Assembly: GCA_013239625.1 (NCBI GenBank) | Contig: MU054132.1 | Location: 1,118,001-1,182,000, forward strand | Length of the DNA stretch: 64,000 nt | DNA from: Lama guanicoe | Taxonomy: Eukaryota | Reading direction: 5' to 3' | Part shown: positions 37,314 through 51,074 of the stretch, piece after piece | Layout of the letters: each line of letters opens with the position of its first letter | Numbering within the stretch: the stretch's first letter is position 1 | The notes under the pieces: model-generated | Told to the model about the DNA's origin: nothing | Databases searched by the model: none | Seen by the model: only the letters and a program-made list of their open reading frames with translations | Position numbers and translations under genes: made by a program

Positions 37314-38089
37314 ATTTTTTAAGGGTTGCCTGTGACCCACAATTTGAAATTTTCAATTCTGGTGAAAAACAATCTCTTAAGAGAAAGAGGTACACAATTA
37401 CAAGTTTTCAAACTTTTATATGGCCATCCCTTGGGAAGACGGTTTAAAATAGATTACAGAGTCCTATTCCCAGAATTTGATTCAAGGTAGAAGCCCAAGA
37501 ATCTGCCTTTCAAAGTACCCCCAAATGGTTCTGATGTAGAAGATACTTATCAGAAATATGCCCATGTAATTTAAGATTTAATCTCAAAAGTCATAGTCTC
37601 AACTCTTCTTACACTGAACTACAGGTTAACCTAAGTATGTGCAAGAAGTTCCTGCCTTGCTAATAGATTGGTTTTTAATCTGAAAGCTGGCTGGCTCAAC
37701 AATCCTTTTATAGACTTCCTCTAAAGCAACTTGGTAAACCACTAAAATCTAACTGTTCCTCTTAACTACAGCTCTTCGCACCAAGAAAACAAAAGAATGA
37801 TATGAATGGAAGGCATTTTTGTTGCCAAGTCATTTGACTTGTAACAGAAAGGGCTTTTGAAAACCAGTCACATTGGCCATATAAGTGGCAAATTTAGTCA
37901 TCAGTTTGGAACTCCTGAGTACAAGTGGCCTATAGCACAAAACTGATCACTAAACAGCTCAAAGTCTGACTACAAACTGCTTGAAAGCTACAAGCCTCCA
38001 CTCCTTGTAATTACAAGCCAAAAAGAAAACTCTTGATTCTTGAAAGTTTTAATTCAACAAAGTCAATATTAAAAATAGCACCAAACACT

Positions 38090-39930
38090 TGGAATGGACA
38101 ACTCAAAAATGAAATTAAGAAAACAATCCCATTTACATCAGCATCAAAAAGAATACTTACCAATAAATTTAACAAAAGAAGTGTAAAACTTATAGTACTC
38201 TGAAAAAATACAAAAAATAAACTCCCAAATTCATGGATAGGAAGACTTAACATTGTTAAGATGGCAAGACTTCCCTACTTCCCCCATAAATTCATCTACA
38301 GATGATGATTAGTCCAAAGCAATCACTATCAAAATCCCAGCTGGCTTCTTTGCAGAAACTGAGAAGCTAATTCTAAAATCCACATGGAAATTCAAGGGAC
38401 CCAGAAGAGCCAAAACAGTCCTGAAATAAGAACAACATAGTCGGAGGACCCACAATCCCTCATTTCAACACATACTACAAAGTCACAGGAATCAAGGCAA
38501 TATTGTACTAGTATAAGCATAGACATAAAGATCTGTGGGACAGAATAGAAAGTTCAAAAATAAATCTTAATATTTATAGTCAACTTTTAAGAAAGGTGTC
38601 AATGCCATTCAACACGGAAAGAATAGTCTTTTTGACAAATGGTGTTGGGACAACTGGATATCCACAAGTAAAAAAGTGAAATTGGATCCCCCACTCATGT
38701 CATATACAAAAATTAACTCAAAATGGAATGAAGACCTAAATCTAACTGCTAAAACTATAAATCTTTTAGAGGAAAATATAGGAATAAATCTTCATGACCC
38801 TGGGTTTGGCAATAGTTTCTTAAATTTAGCACTAAAAGTGCAAGCAAAGGAAAAAGGAAATAAACTGGACTTTATCACAATTTAAAACCTTTCCACTTCA
38901 AAGGACATCATCAAGAAAGTGGAAATACAGAATAGGAGAAAATATTTACAAATCATGTAGCTATGATAAGGAACCTGCATCTCTTACAACACCGTAAAAA
39001 GACAAAATAACCTAATTTTAAAATGGGCAAATGATCTGAACAGATATTTCTCCAAAGATGACATACAAATAACCAAAAAGCACATTAGCCATCAGGAAAA
39101 TGAAAGTCAATATCACAATGAGACTACTTCATTCCCACTAGAATGATGATAATCAGAATTACAAATAACAAATATCTGATAATTACAAGGATAGAAATTG
39201 GAGGCCTCATATACTGCTAATGGGAATGTAAAACACTGTGGCCATTTTAGAAAACAGTCCGGTAATTCCTCAACAGGTTAAACTCAGAGTTACCATACGA
39301 CCCAGAAATTCCACTCCTAGGTCTAAACCCAAGAGAAACGAAAATGTATGTCCACACAAAAACTTGAATACAAATGTTCACAGCAGCATTATTCATAACA
39401 GCTAAAAAAAACCCAGAAACAATGTAAATGTCCACCTACAGAGGAATGAATAAACAAAATGTGGTATATCTATACAACAGGATATTATGTGTCCATTAAA
39501 AGGAATGCGTCAATTAAAAAAAAATTTTTTTAAATTGACGCAACACTGTAAACCGATTATACTTCAATTTAAAAAAAAAAGTACTAAAACAAGCTACAAG
39601 ACAGATGAACCTTGAAAACATTTTGCTAAGTGAAAGAAGCCAGTCACAAACACTGCATATATATATCACTCCATTTATATGAAATGTACAGAATAGGCAA
39701 ATCTAGAGAGATCGAAAGATTAGTGTTTCCCAAGAGCTTGGAGAGCGGGGGGGGGGGGCAGTAAAAAGATTAGGGAGTGATGGCACATGGGGTTTCTTTT
39801 GGAAGTGATGAAAATATTCTAAAACTGTGGTAATAGTTACCCATATCTCTGAATATTCCAAAAAAATATTAAATTCGTACACTTTAAATGGGTGAATTGT
39901 ACAGTATGTGAATAATATCTCAATAAAACT
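38090..39930 (+). mobile_element. L1 (L1MB-like) ORF2 3' part and 3' UTR
   Basis: The ORF-track peptide 38676..38885 (KLDPPLMSYTKINSKW) is ORF2-like. The element ends tatctcaataaaactgtt. Confidence 0.9.
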
Positions 39931-40212
39931 GTTCCCCAAAGAGAGACAGGCAGGCAGGGCACCAGACACATGAAACTAACATCTTCTTTCCTATGAGATT
40001 ACCCGAATACCAGCTTCAAGGCTATTTCCTTTCTTGTTATTATCAGAAGATAGATATGTTATTTCTTTTTTTAGTAAGTTTTTTTTTAAAGCAAAGCTTT
40101 GCTGAAAGAAACATGCTTTGTTGTTAGATGCATATACAAAAACTTCAGGAAAAGGCTAGAGGTAGTCACTAGAAGATGAAGAGAAAAACTATAAACTTTC
40201 AACAGTTAAGTA

Positions 40213-41169
40213 TGGGTAGTCTTTGTTTTGCATAGTAGTGCGACACCAGAAAAGTGACAATGCAGACTGAAACCACGAAAATGATACTAATACTCAAAGG
40301 GAAAAGTTACAATTGGTCTGTGATCTTTAAAAATTTTTGTCAAAACATTAAAAATTGTCATTTTTAATTGTATAAGAATAAGAAAACAAAAAATTATTTA
40401 CTTAGTGTGCTGTAAAACATTAGAAACACTGAAAATTATAATGTGTAATAATTTCTTTGAAAACACTTATCAAGAGTAGTTGATATGTGGCCCATATGAT
40501 GTGGAATGGGTATCTCTCCTATGCTTTGGTGGTTGTCACATTTCCTAAGTCTGGATCAGTTCCCCACATCTCATCTATCCGCTGTGATTTCAAGTCACAA
40601 AGTATCTTGGAGAATTCACTTAATATGAAATTTCTTGCCTGCATCACTTCCTCTGGGACAGCTTCATCTTTCTCACCAAATCATTTTCCTCAGTTAAGAT
40701 AGGCTCACCTTTCACTGAGTTTCTCCAATTGCATATCCAGAGTCTTATGGATGGTGGCAGAGTCAAAATTCCCACAGTGAGCTTTTCTTCTTTAACTCCA
40801 TCCACGTTTGATTTGAATCTCACAACACTGGAAGTGAACTTTTTGGTTCTTTGCTGACCAGTTCCCTCTTTCATCTTTGTTGACCGGTTCCCTCTTTCAA
40901 TTATCCATTTTTGTAAAATGTCACATGGGTTTATCACTGAGAGACAAGGAGGCAACACAACCGCATACTTTGCTGTCTGCACATGAAATGAGCAACAGGT
41001 GCAGTGACCAGTCACCAACAGGCTTTGAAAGATCACTGATATTGACACATACCTGCTATTCACATAGTAATCTGCAGACAGAAGAGCTACCAGCCATTTT
41101 GTAGTTTATGCAATTACTGGTAGTATATAATGTAAAATCTGAAGAACCACACAAAGCAAAGACTCCCTG
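40213..41169 (-). mobile_element. TcMar-Tigger element, second copy
   Basis: TIR-like ends gggtagtctttgttttgca and caaagcaaagactccctg. Inverted homolog of 24462-25514. Confidence 0.8.
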
Positions 41170-41349
41170 CATATCTAATCACAGAATCTCAGCACTTCTA
41201 GGAAGCTCCTTCAGGGTAATCTAAGCTAACCACAGAGTATATGTGGACCTTTAATGTAGACAATTGATGACCAACATGTGGTGTACATTACTTCACAGGT
41301 AGCTCTTCCACTGCTGAACAGCTCTAATGCTTAGAAAAATAAACCCCTA

Positions 41350-41600
41350 AATGGTCAAAAGCATAGATTCTAGAATCAGACTTTCTGACTTCCCATTCTG
41401 GCTTTTCCTCTGTCAGGCTAGATAAACTTGGGCAAGTTACATAATTGCTCTGTGACTCAGTTTCCTCATCTGTAATATAAAAATGTTATGACCAGCAATC
41501 ATGGAGTTGTTACAAGAGTTAGATGAGAGATAAATCCGTGGAGAGTGATTATTAATTCTAGCACGTAGTATATGCTCAATAAATGACAGTCTCTATAATT
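41350..41600 (+). mobile_element. MIR SINE
   Basis: cttgggcaagttacataattgctctgtgactcagtttcctcatctgtaa...tgctcaataaatg. Confidence 0.8.
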
Positions 41601-43939
41601 AATCATATTACCATCATGAACTGTATAGTGCTTGATCTTCCTCATCGACCCCTCTGTGCCTTAGTTCAAACCCTCTCCCTTGTCTGAACTCTGCACCAGC
41701 CTCTTAACACAGCTGACAGTCTCTCATCCAGCTCTCCACATGGTCATCACAATTATCCTCCCAAACATCCAATCTGACCCTCTTCCCCCTGCCAAACAAT
41801 TCAGTCTAAAGCCATTAGGAAACGTGGAGCAAAGTCAGAGTCCTTGTTTTGGGGTGGGGAGGGAGCCATGGTGGCCCAGAGCAAGGTGACAAAGATCAAG
41901 CAGGGTAAAGCAGGAACTCATACGGTGAGGTGGCCTGGCCCAACTGACTTAACTTAAAAGCAATCAGGAGATAGCTACCATTTTAAAAGATTAAATAACT
42001 TTCAAAACTGAGGAAACGTAAATAATTGTCCAAGAGAGAATAATTAAGCTTCAGTTTAAAAAGGAAACTGAACTTATCATAAGCAGACATGACAACACAC
42101 AACATGTAACCCTGTTTCCTTAGAAATAGGGTGGCGTTTCAATGTTTGTTCATTTTATTATTTTCTCAGGGCCAATTTTCACTACATTCACTTTCAAAAT
42201 AAAATTCCACTTGGCATGATGGTCTCTCTTGAACTTGTTAACAAAAGGAAACTCCTGGTGAAGCCTAATCATCAGCTACATAAGTATTAGGTATTTTTTA
42301 AAATGCTGGGTCTTGAACAACACGTCCCTGGTTTTCCTGTCTCTTAAGAGCAGAGAGAGAAAAGAAAATACAAAAGTTAAAAAAGAAAAGGATGAAGGAG
42401 AAAAGAAAAAGACAAGAACAAAGAAGAAGGGAGAAAATAATAACTCTGAAACTAAAACAGGCCTTTGAGCTACTCCCCCAGCCGTAAACAGCTCATGATG
42501 CGCTGGTACTCTCCCGTTACACCAGCACACAAACGCCACAGGGTAATGGACCAAGCAGTCACCTCCTCGGACTACAATCTCACACACCTGCTTTGAATGC
42601 TGTTCCTCGTAACAACACCTAGTTCAAGTAGTACCATATACTTTGCAATATCTAATATTTAAGAACCAAGTAAAGGCCTGAAAGGAATTAACCAGGCAAA
42701 GCTGCATGGCCCTGTAAGAATTCACACTTTATCAACAGAGATCCAAGATCCGAATCTACCCATTAGCTGTGCAAACTTGGGCATTATCCTCTCTGATATC
42801 TGTCATCCCCAACTATACAGATAAGGAAAATGTCTACACATAAATATTATAAGGACTGAATGAAACAGTATATGAAATAACCAGTACAAGCCTCCCTCGG
42901 ACCAGCCAAAAGTATGTCATAAAACCTCTGCATGAAAAAAAACCCTCAAAACTTATATTAAACTCAATTCTAATATCTAGCTTCCTAAGCCACAGCAGTT
43001 TAGAAGAAAACAATTAGAAAAGAGAATCAAAGGCTTTTTTTTTTTTGCCTCACTGTATAGAGGCAGAAATAGTATAAAGCAAGCACTCAAAATTATAGCC
43101 ATGTGAGGAGCCAAGGAGTAAAACCTACACAATTCACCAAGCGTGAAGGATATGATTCTATAATACAATCCATCATATTTGCTGTAGGAAATGATGACTA
43201 ACAAGTCACTGGAAAAAAAATGTATATTTGGGATTTAAAGATCACTTCCTATATACGAATTCCTTTCATGAAAAATTCAAATATACATAGATTACATTTT
43301 ACTCACTAAAATAGATTCAACTTAAGCATAAGCAATAAGTCATTTCTACTGGGATACTTAAAAATAAGAAACCGGACAATCGGAGAAAGAAGAGACACAA
43401 GTGGACAACACAGCAGAAGTCCCATTTCTACTGCACTCTTAGAAGAGATGGAGCCAGCTAGCTGTGGAACTGCACTTCCACAGGAACAAGAGGTGAATAA
43501 ATAGAGTTAACAATGCAAGCTCAGTATCATTACCTTCTTGTAAAAAAGAAATTAGTATGGGTCATAAGTCTTATGTAATATATTAAGTGGGGAAAGTTGA
43601 GATACGATCCCAGAGTACATTTGGATTCACTCAGTAATGGGTTTAATTTATGCTTCATCCGTCTCAAGAATCCAAGTTACTTTGTACCTCCCTATCGATG
43701 TCATTCAGGAAAGAAGACAGTGGTTAAGAAACAACAAATTTTAAATGTAGTTTAATATAATTAAATGTAAGACCATAGAGAAAAAAACCTCAGTGTGCAC
43801 ACATGCAATAAAACACTGAAATTTTAAATGCAAGTAGAGAAATTATAAAACTTCACTGAAAGTAAAAAATTCTGAATTTAAGGTATGTGAAGTCATTTTA
43901 CTAAGAGCTGTTTGTTCTTTTTTTTTTTAAGGAACTATA

Positions 43940-44720
43940 AAAAATAAAGGCACATCTATTAAAATAGCTAAAATAAAAAACAGTGACGATCAGATGCCAG
44001 TGAGGATGCAGAAACACTGTATCTCTCCTACATTGCTGGTGGGAATGTAAATGGTACAGCCAATCCAGAAAATATTTTGATAGTTTCTTTAAAAAATTAA
44101 ACGTACACTTACCACACAACCCAGCAATCACTCAGGTATTTATCCCAAAGAAAAGAAAACATGTTCATTCAAAAACTTATACACAAATGTTCATCGCAGT
44201 TTTATTCACAACAAAATATGAACCAACCCAAATAGCCTTCCACAGTGTAAAGCTAAACACTGGATATCCATACCATGTAATATTACTTAGCTATAAAAAG
44301 GAAGAAATTATTAATACAAACAATGGGCCACAGACAGGGCTCTATGCTTGGTGAAAAAAAGATAATCTCAAAAGATCACATACTGTATGATTCAAACTTT
44401 ATGTCACTGTCAAAATAACAAAATTATAAAGACAGAGAACAAATTAGTGGTTGCCAGAGGGCAGAGACAGGTCAGGGGAAGGGGTTTACAAAAACTGCGT
44501 ACGCACATGCACACACAGGCACACACACATGCGAATGAATGCAAGTTAAAAAAAAAAAGTGAAAACTGAATAAGGCCTGCGTTGTAGTTAACAATAATGC
44601 ATCAATGCCAATTTCCTGGTTTTGATACTATACTACATCTATTTAAGATGTCACTATTGGGGAAGCTGGGTGAAGGGTACATACGACTCTATACTATTTT
44701 AAACTTATGAGTCCAAAATA
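43940..44720 (+). mobile_element. Old L1 (L1MC/ME) 3' end
   Basis: cattgctggtgggaatgtaaatggtacagcc ... ggggaagctgggtgaagggtac ... ttccaaataaaaagttaaaa. Confidence 0.85.
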
Positions 44721-46295
44721 TTTCCAAATAAAAAGTTAAAAAATAAGGGCTTCTGTAGATTCACTTCTTCATGAGTTCATTTCCAAGTTCCACTGAGAAG
44801 CATTACATAACGGTTAAAAGTGTTTACGTTTTGGTGATCTCTACACCTCAGTTTCCTCAACTATGTAAAGAGGGTAATTGCTAAAGTCGTACTAAATTTC
44901 TCAAATGCAAACTCCTATGAAGAACGCCCTCAGGAACTTACTACCCTCGTGTGCGTGTGGAGGAAATACTTTATTATTAAAGTTCAAAAGCCTAGAAATC
45001 AAAGTACAATATTGAAAAATATGATTTTGCAAATATTTTTAAAATCTCATTTAAAAAATAACATAAGTCAAAAGGCAAACAACAAACAAGGGGAAAATAT
45101 GTGCAATACAAATAATACACAAAGGGCTAATTTTTATAATATACTCAGAGCTCTCACAAGTAAGTAAGAAAAATATCAACAAGCCCAGGAAAAATGAGCC
45201 CAGGATACAAACACAGAAATTCAAATGATTAATAAATTTATGAAAAAATATTCAGCATCTCTCTTGTTACAAAAAATACAGATTAAACAACAAGACACTG
45301 TTTTTCACTTGTCAGAAAGCTTTGGTCTTCATTTAATACTCCTGTACAGCTTTAGTTTCTTTGTATTGTTTGTCTAGTCATAAAGATTTTTAAAAAACAC
45401 TCAGCAAGTGTCACATTCTAGAAAATGTTTTGCAAATTTAGAAAACTTCGTATTTGGGAAGACTTCAAAATATGGGTTTAACTGAAAAATTCACTTAAAT
45501 AAATCACTGTACTGCTTTTCCTACAAGAAAATAAACTGTTACAGTAGCCACAAATTACATGTCTGATTTTTCTCAACAGTATTTATTACACATTTAAAAG
45601 AAGGGATGATAACTTCTACATTTCTTTAATCCCCCATATCACCACACACAACACAGAGGAAAAACTGACAAACACAGAGAAGGAGAAAAGAATGGAGACA
45701 TGAGTGGAGGGAAGACAAACAGATTTGGATTCACTTTTGGTCTAATTTAAACAGCACCACCTCTGACAAGTACAAAATTTCAAAATACACTCACATATCC
45801 TCTGTCAATGAGCCATACCACAGCCAGTCTCCAACTTCATTTATAGGGCTGGTGGTTTTTTAAATGATTTTCATTAAAATAATTTCTCTAAAATAAACTA
45901 TAAAATCAGACCCCCATTGCATATTCTTTTGTGTGACCACTGACTGGGGTGGAGTAGAGGGAACACAGTAACAGCCACGTGGAGTCTACCAATCTAGACA
46001 TTCATTATGAAATGACCAAAAACTACCACCACATATCTTTTCATTCAACAAATATGTACCAAATCAGACTCTGGGCTAGGACCCACTGCTCTCAGTGAGC
46101 ATATATTATGTTACACTAAACTAGACTGTAGCTCTTAGGTTCCTAAAGTTCCTTTTTCTGTTAATCTGTGTATCCTCAATGAACTCAAAGATTTGATATA
46201 AATTATACATGTAGCATAGAAAATAATACTCTACTGCCAATGCGCAGGCTAAAAAATTCAGTCTTGCAATTGTTCAATCTAATTCTCTTCTAGAC

Positions 46296-46521
46296 CAGAG
46301 TTTCTCAACCCCTGTACTATTAACATTTTTAAATAAGTATTTGTAGTAGGGGTTACCCTGTGTATTTTAAGATCCATTTAGCAGTAACCCTGGCCTCTAC
46401 CCACTAAATACGAAAAGCACTCTCCCAGTGGTAACAATGAAAAAACGTCTCCAGACATTGTCAGTTGTCCCCTAGGGGGCAAAAATCACATCTCAGCCCC
46501 CATCCCCACTGAGAACCATTA
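46296..46521 (+). mobile_element. MER20 hAT-Charlie element
   Basis: cagagtttctcaacc ... cctggcctctacccacta ... aaaacgtctccagacattg...tcccctagggggcaaaa ... tgagaacca. Confidence 0.85.
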
Positions 46522-46559
46522 TTTTATAAAATCTTCTGAGAAACTTTGAAATTCAGATT

Positions 46560-47400
46560 CTGCCACTTCACACCCACCAAGATGTATATAATCAAAAGAC
46601 AGATAAGTGTTTATGAGAATGTAGAGAAACATGAACCCTCATATACTGCTAAAGGGACCCAAAAATGGTACGAACTCTTTGGAAAACAATATGGCAGTTC
46701 CCCAAAAGGTTACACCTAGAGTTACTATCTGACCAACCAATTCCACCACTAAGCATATATCCAAGAAAAATGAAAACAAATGTCCATACAAAAACATGTA
46801 CTCAAACGTTCATAGTATTGTTCATTGTAGCCAAAAAGTACAAACAACCCAACTGTCCATCAACTTATGAACAGACACAAAATGCGGTACAGTCACATAA
46901 TATTGTATGTCCATAAAAAGGAATGAAGCATTGATACATGTTATAACCTGGATGAACTGTGAAAACATGCCAAATGAAAAAGGCCAGTCACAAAAGACCA
47001 CATGTTACATGATTTCATTTATATGAAATGTCCAGAATAGACAAAGCTAGAGATAGAAAGCAGATGCTTAGCACGCATGAGGTCCTGGGTTCAATTCCCA
47101 GTATCTCCTCCAAGAATAAACAAATAAGCTAAATAAACCTAATTACTCCTCACCCCCCAAAAAAAGAAAGTAAATTAGTGGTTGCCTAGGGTGGAGGATT
47201 GGAGGAGAGGGGTGTAGACAGGAATTACGGGGGCAACAGCTAAGGGGACAGGGTTTTGGGGGGGTCTAACAAAAATATTCCAAAATTATTGTGGTGATGG
47301 ATGCACAACTCTGTGAAAATACTAAAAACCCCCAAAATGTACACTTTCAATGGGTGAATTGGTAAGGTACATGAATCATATCTCAATAAAGTTATTTTTA
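46560..47400 (+). mobile_element. L1MB-like 3' end
   Basis: The ORF-track peptide 46665..46916 resembles the ORF2 C-terminus. The element ends tatctcaataaagttattt. Confidence 0.88.
47064..47165 (+). mobile_element. 5'-truncated Vic-1-like SINE nested in L1
   Basis: ATGCTTAGCACGCATGAGGTCCTGGGTTCAATTCCCAG...CCTAATTAC, flanked by AGAAAGCAGAT / AGAAAGTAAAT. Confidence 0.88.
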
Positions 47401-48869
47401 AAATTGAGATTCTAGACTCTACCTCAGATCTAATGAATGAGAATAAAAGGCAGAAAGCCAAAACTATTTTAAAAGACTCTCCAGGCAATCCCAAAGAAGC
47501 TGGTCTGTCTGGGACACCGGGTTCACTGCAGATAGTGATGAACATTCCAAACCACAAGCTGCAGGGACTAGCAGAGGAAACAGAGTTTGCTGAGCACTCC
47601 TCAACGGTTAGCAGCTTGTTAACAGAACATGAAAACTGGTAACTTGATTTTTTTTCCCTTTTTCTAAATTAAAATTTTTTTTTCATAGCATTACTTACCA
47701 CTTTCAGAAAGGAAAAAAGTAAATAACTATGACTAAGTTTTTAAAATATGATCAGTATCACTTCAATTTCATGTCTAACTACTGACTCCACGTTAAGTTG
47801 AAAGGATAGCTTCCTAAGCAAATTATGACATATGCACCTTCATTTTTCAAGAAATAGAAACTAAAATTACTCCAGATATTATATACTTCTATATCTGTGC
47901 TCAGTTGTAAAGTGGTTTTAAACTCACCAGTTTCGATTTGATACACAGTACAGCTATTCACATCATACAAGAAAAAGATTATATGAAGTAGAAAAAAATG
48001 AAATTGAGTACTAATTTTTAATTAGACCTACTACGTGAGTCTGAATAGCTAATACTAAAAATCACAGTCTGTGAAATTTATACTTTCCAATAAATCTGAA
48101 CATCTGGAAGTATACTGCACAGCGATTAGAAAAAGCTGCACTATGGAAAAAGATTTAAGTAATTCTGGCTTATGTTTTGCAAATTCCAGCAGAAAACTAA
48201 TGCTAGGGTTCGCTGAAACAAACACTGCTGGTATCTCCTATTTCCTCCAAGAAAAAACAAGAAAGCCATTATTATCTCTGATTTTCTTCTAGAAAGTATA
48301 ATGATCCCTTTTACGATATGATGGAAAATATGAACAAGAATTTTAACCAAAATAGCATTTGTAAAGATGTGCATACTTTTAAACTTTAAAATCTAAATAC
48401 CTACCCAAACACACAGAGTTTCTGAAACTAAATGCTAAATCTGGTTTACTTCAGACTCCCTTTAGTAAAAAGGCAATATCTAAACACTGAGATTCATGTG
48501 AAACAGTACATCCTTTATTTATATGGAAACTCTCTTTCAGGCACTTAACCCAGTGGAGTAACACATACCGTTCATCTCCTGAATGTACACATTACAGCTT
48601 AATTGATACCACAAAAAAATGGTATTATACGTAAATATTTATTGACAAGGCATGATGCTTATAATAGTTAAGTGGAAAGTTCTTAAACAGTATAAACAGT
48701 TCTTATTTTAGCAAGAAAAATATGTATAGGTTCACAGAAAACAGCTAAAAGAATATGTCAAAGTGCTGTTATTCTTTCACACTTTTGTATTTTCTAAATT
48801 TTCTACATTAAATATATATTCTCACGAGTAGAAAAATAAATGTCATTTAAAAAACAATGTAAAAACTCT

Positions 48870-49690
48870 TCTGCTTCTAGGAAAATAGAGAAGAGCTACT
48901 TTTCTCTATATTCCCCACTAGGTATAACTAAAAACCCTGGACATTATATGCATATAAAACAAGCAGAAGACTCTGAAACATGGAGAGAAGGCAGAAGGGC
49001 AAGGGACCTGAGGAACAGAGGAACAATAAAGTGACAAGTTCCCTGGGTTTTCTTTTTGCATTATACATCTCACTCTTGGAACTGACGAGGCTGGCAACTC
49101 AGAAACACCTAAGAGTGCAGACAAGAAAAGCAAGTCTGCTCACTGCAGCCAAAGGACCAGGGAAGGGGCAGCTTAGCAAGACAGAAAACTTTTAGATAAT
49201 CATTTTATTCCAGTCAAACACCACAGAAAACACAGTGGACCCAATACCACCTATACAGCAAAGGTCCAGTGGGGAGCCTTCCAACCTCTCCAGGCTGGAA
49301 TGAGGCATCCAAACCGTCTCTCCAGGGAGGAGTCAGGACTTTCACCCTTGCAGTTGGGTAAAGGGAAACCACAGTATCACTGACGATCACTTCTGGTGCC
49401 TGGACTGCCACCATATTATATCAATACAAATAGCATTTCTTTAAAAACTGAACAGGCAACTACCATATGATCCAGCAATTGCACTCCCAGGAAAACTGCC
49501 AAACTGTTTTCCAGAGTGGCTGTACCATGTACTGTTAACTGTTTCAATGTCAATACCCTGGTTGTTATATTGTTTTGCAAAATATTACCACAGCAGGAAA
49601 CTAGGTAAAGGGTACAAGAGATCTCTCTGTTTTGTTTTCTTACAATTGCATATGAATGTACAATTACCTCCAAGTTAAAAGCTTAATTTA
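48870..49690 (+). mobile_element. Rearranged old L1: probable 5' region joined to 3' fragments
   Basis: A 5'-UTR-like block (to ~49410) is followed by caactaccatatgatccagcaattgcactcc, an inverted 37-nt piece and an L1MC-type terminus. Confidence 0.6.
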
Positions 49691-50627
49691 AAGAAAATAA
49701 TTTAAAAATTATGTAAAAAACTGGCAAATATATTAAATATTTGGACTTCTTAAGGCAGGACTTATTTATCTGTATATCCTTGGTATCTAGGCTGAAACCG
49801 AGAACCATCAGACACTCAAGAAACATGTATTGAGTTTAGTTGAAAAATATAATCAGCACTTCAAAAATAAGATGCTATCAAACCTAACAGTTTCATTTTC
49901 ATTGGCTTTAAACAAAACCATCTTAACACAAATGCAAAAAAAAAAAAAAAAAAAAAAATTTAAAAAAAAAAGTTTTCAAGAAAATAAAGTATCTTGGAAT
50001 TTTTTCCACAAGGAGAACAGTGACTCACTCGTAGATTACAATGAGCTAGAAAGTATCTTGTATGAAAGTACCATGTATGAAAATTTTAAATTAGCATATA
50101 GCAGAGATTCTTTAGGGACCAAGAAGCACACATAAATACTATGTATACCCACTTACTTCCAAATGGTTTTTAAGTCAAAAATCTTATTCAACTTGCCTAA
50201 CTTTCTGTCAGTATGTCTGATTTTAACTGGATCTTGAGATGTACCTTCAATAGGAGGTCCTCACTGTCATAATTGGTGACCATCTCCACCGTCTATGAAC
50301 CCAGTCCCTTCTACCTGACAAGGTTGTGTTCAATAATAAGACAGTCTCTTATTTTACCAGAAAGACCCAAGCAATTCATTAATTAAAGGGAAAAAATCAT
50401 ACAGGAACTTGTGCTGACGTTTCATTTAAAATCAGTAAAACAACTGTCTTTTCTGACATAAGTTCCCCTGCATGGATGTCTGATCTGAAAATCTAGGTGT
50501 AGTATAAGCAGCCTTCATGAATAATGAAACTGAAAGTGGAGTTAACAGCCAGTTTACAGAATTCATGACTGAATACTTCAAGTGGAAGTACAGAGTTAAC
50601 AGCCGAAACTATATAAACTAAGTTGAT

Positions 50628-50630
<3 letters not shown>

Positions 50631-50661
<31 letters not shown>

Positions 50662-50673
50662 CAAAAAAAAAAA
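50631..50673. repeat. Poly(A) tract
   Basis: A30, then GC, then A11. Confidence 0.95.
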
Positions 50674-51074
50674 CCCCACCTAGGATATTAACATTAGAAT
50701 AATGATAAACAATGCTTACTTTGACTCTTTATGGTCCATTAAGTCTATGGACATATGAAGTCTTAGTTATTTTATAATTAAACTACTTGAACATCTCTTT
50801 CAGACCTCTGGGCTTTAAAATCCCAATATATAGCTCCAAGAATTGTCAGTTTGCTGCAGCAGCAAACAATACATAGTCCCATCACCAAAAGGTACCTGGA
50901 CCACATCCCAACTAGTACAAACTCACTCACTCATACATTACTGATACATTTCTTTTGGACCATTATAGAACACAAGGCAACTTATGCTGACAAAAACTGC
51001 TACAGAATAAAGTCCTAGAGAACCTATCAAAACTAAGGAAGATTAAAAGAGTAACGGATAAGAAAAATGGACCA

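Noticed and set aside
40487..41104. Similar peptides here and at 24690-25194, suggesting a duplicated gene
   Set aside because: They are explained by two decayed copies of the same Tigger transposon.
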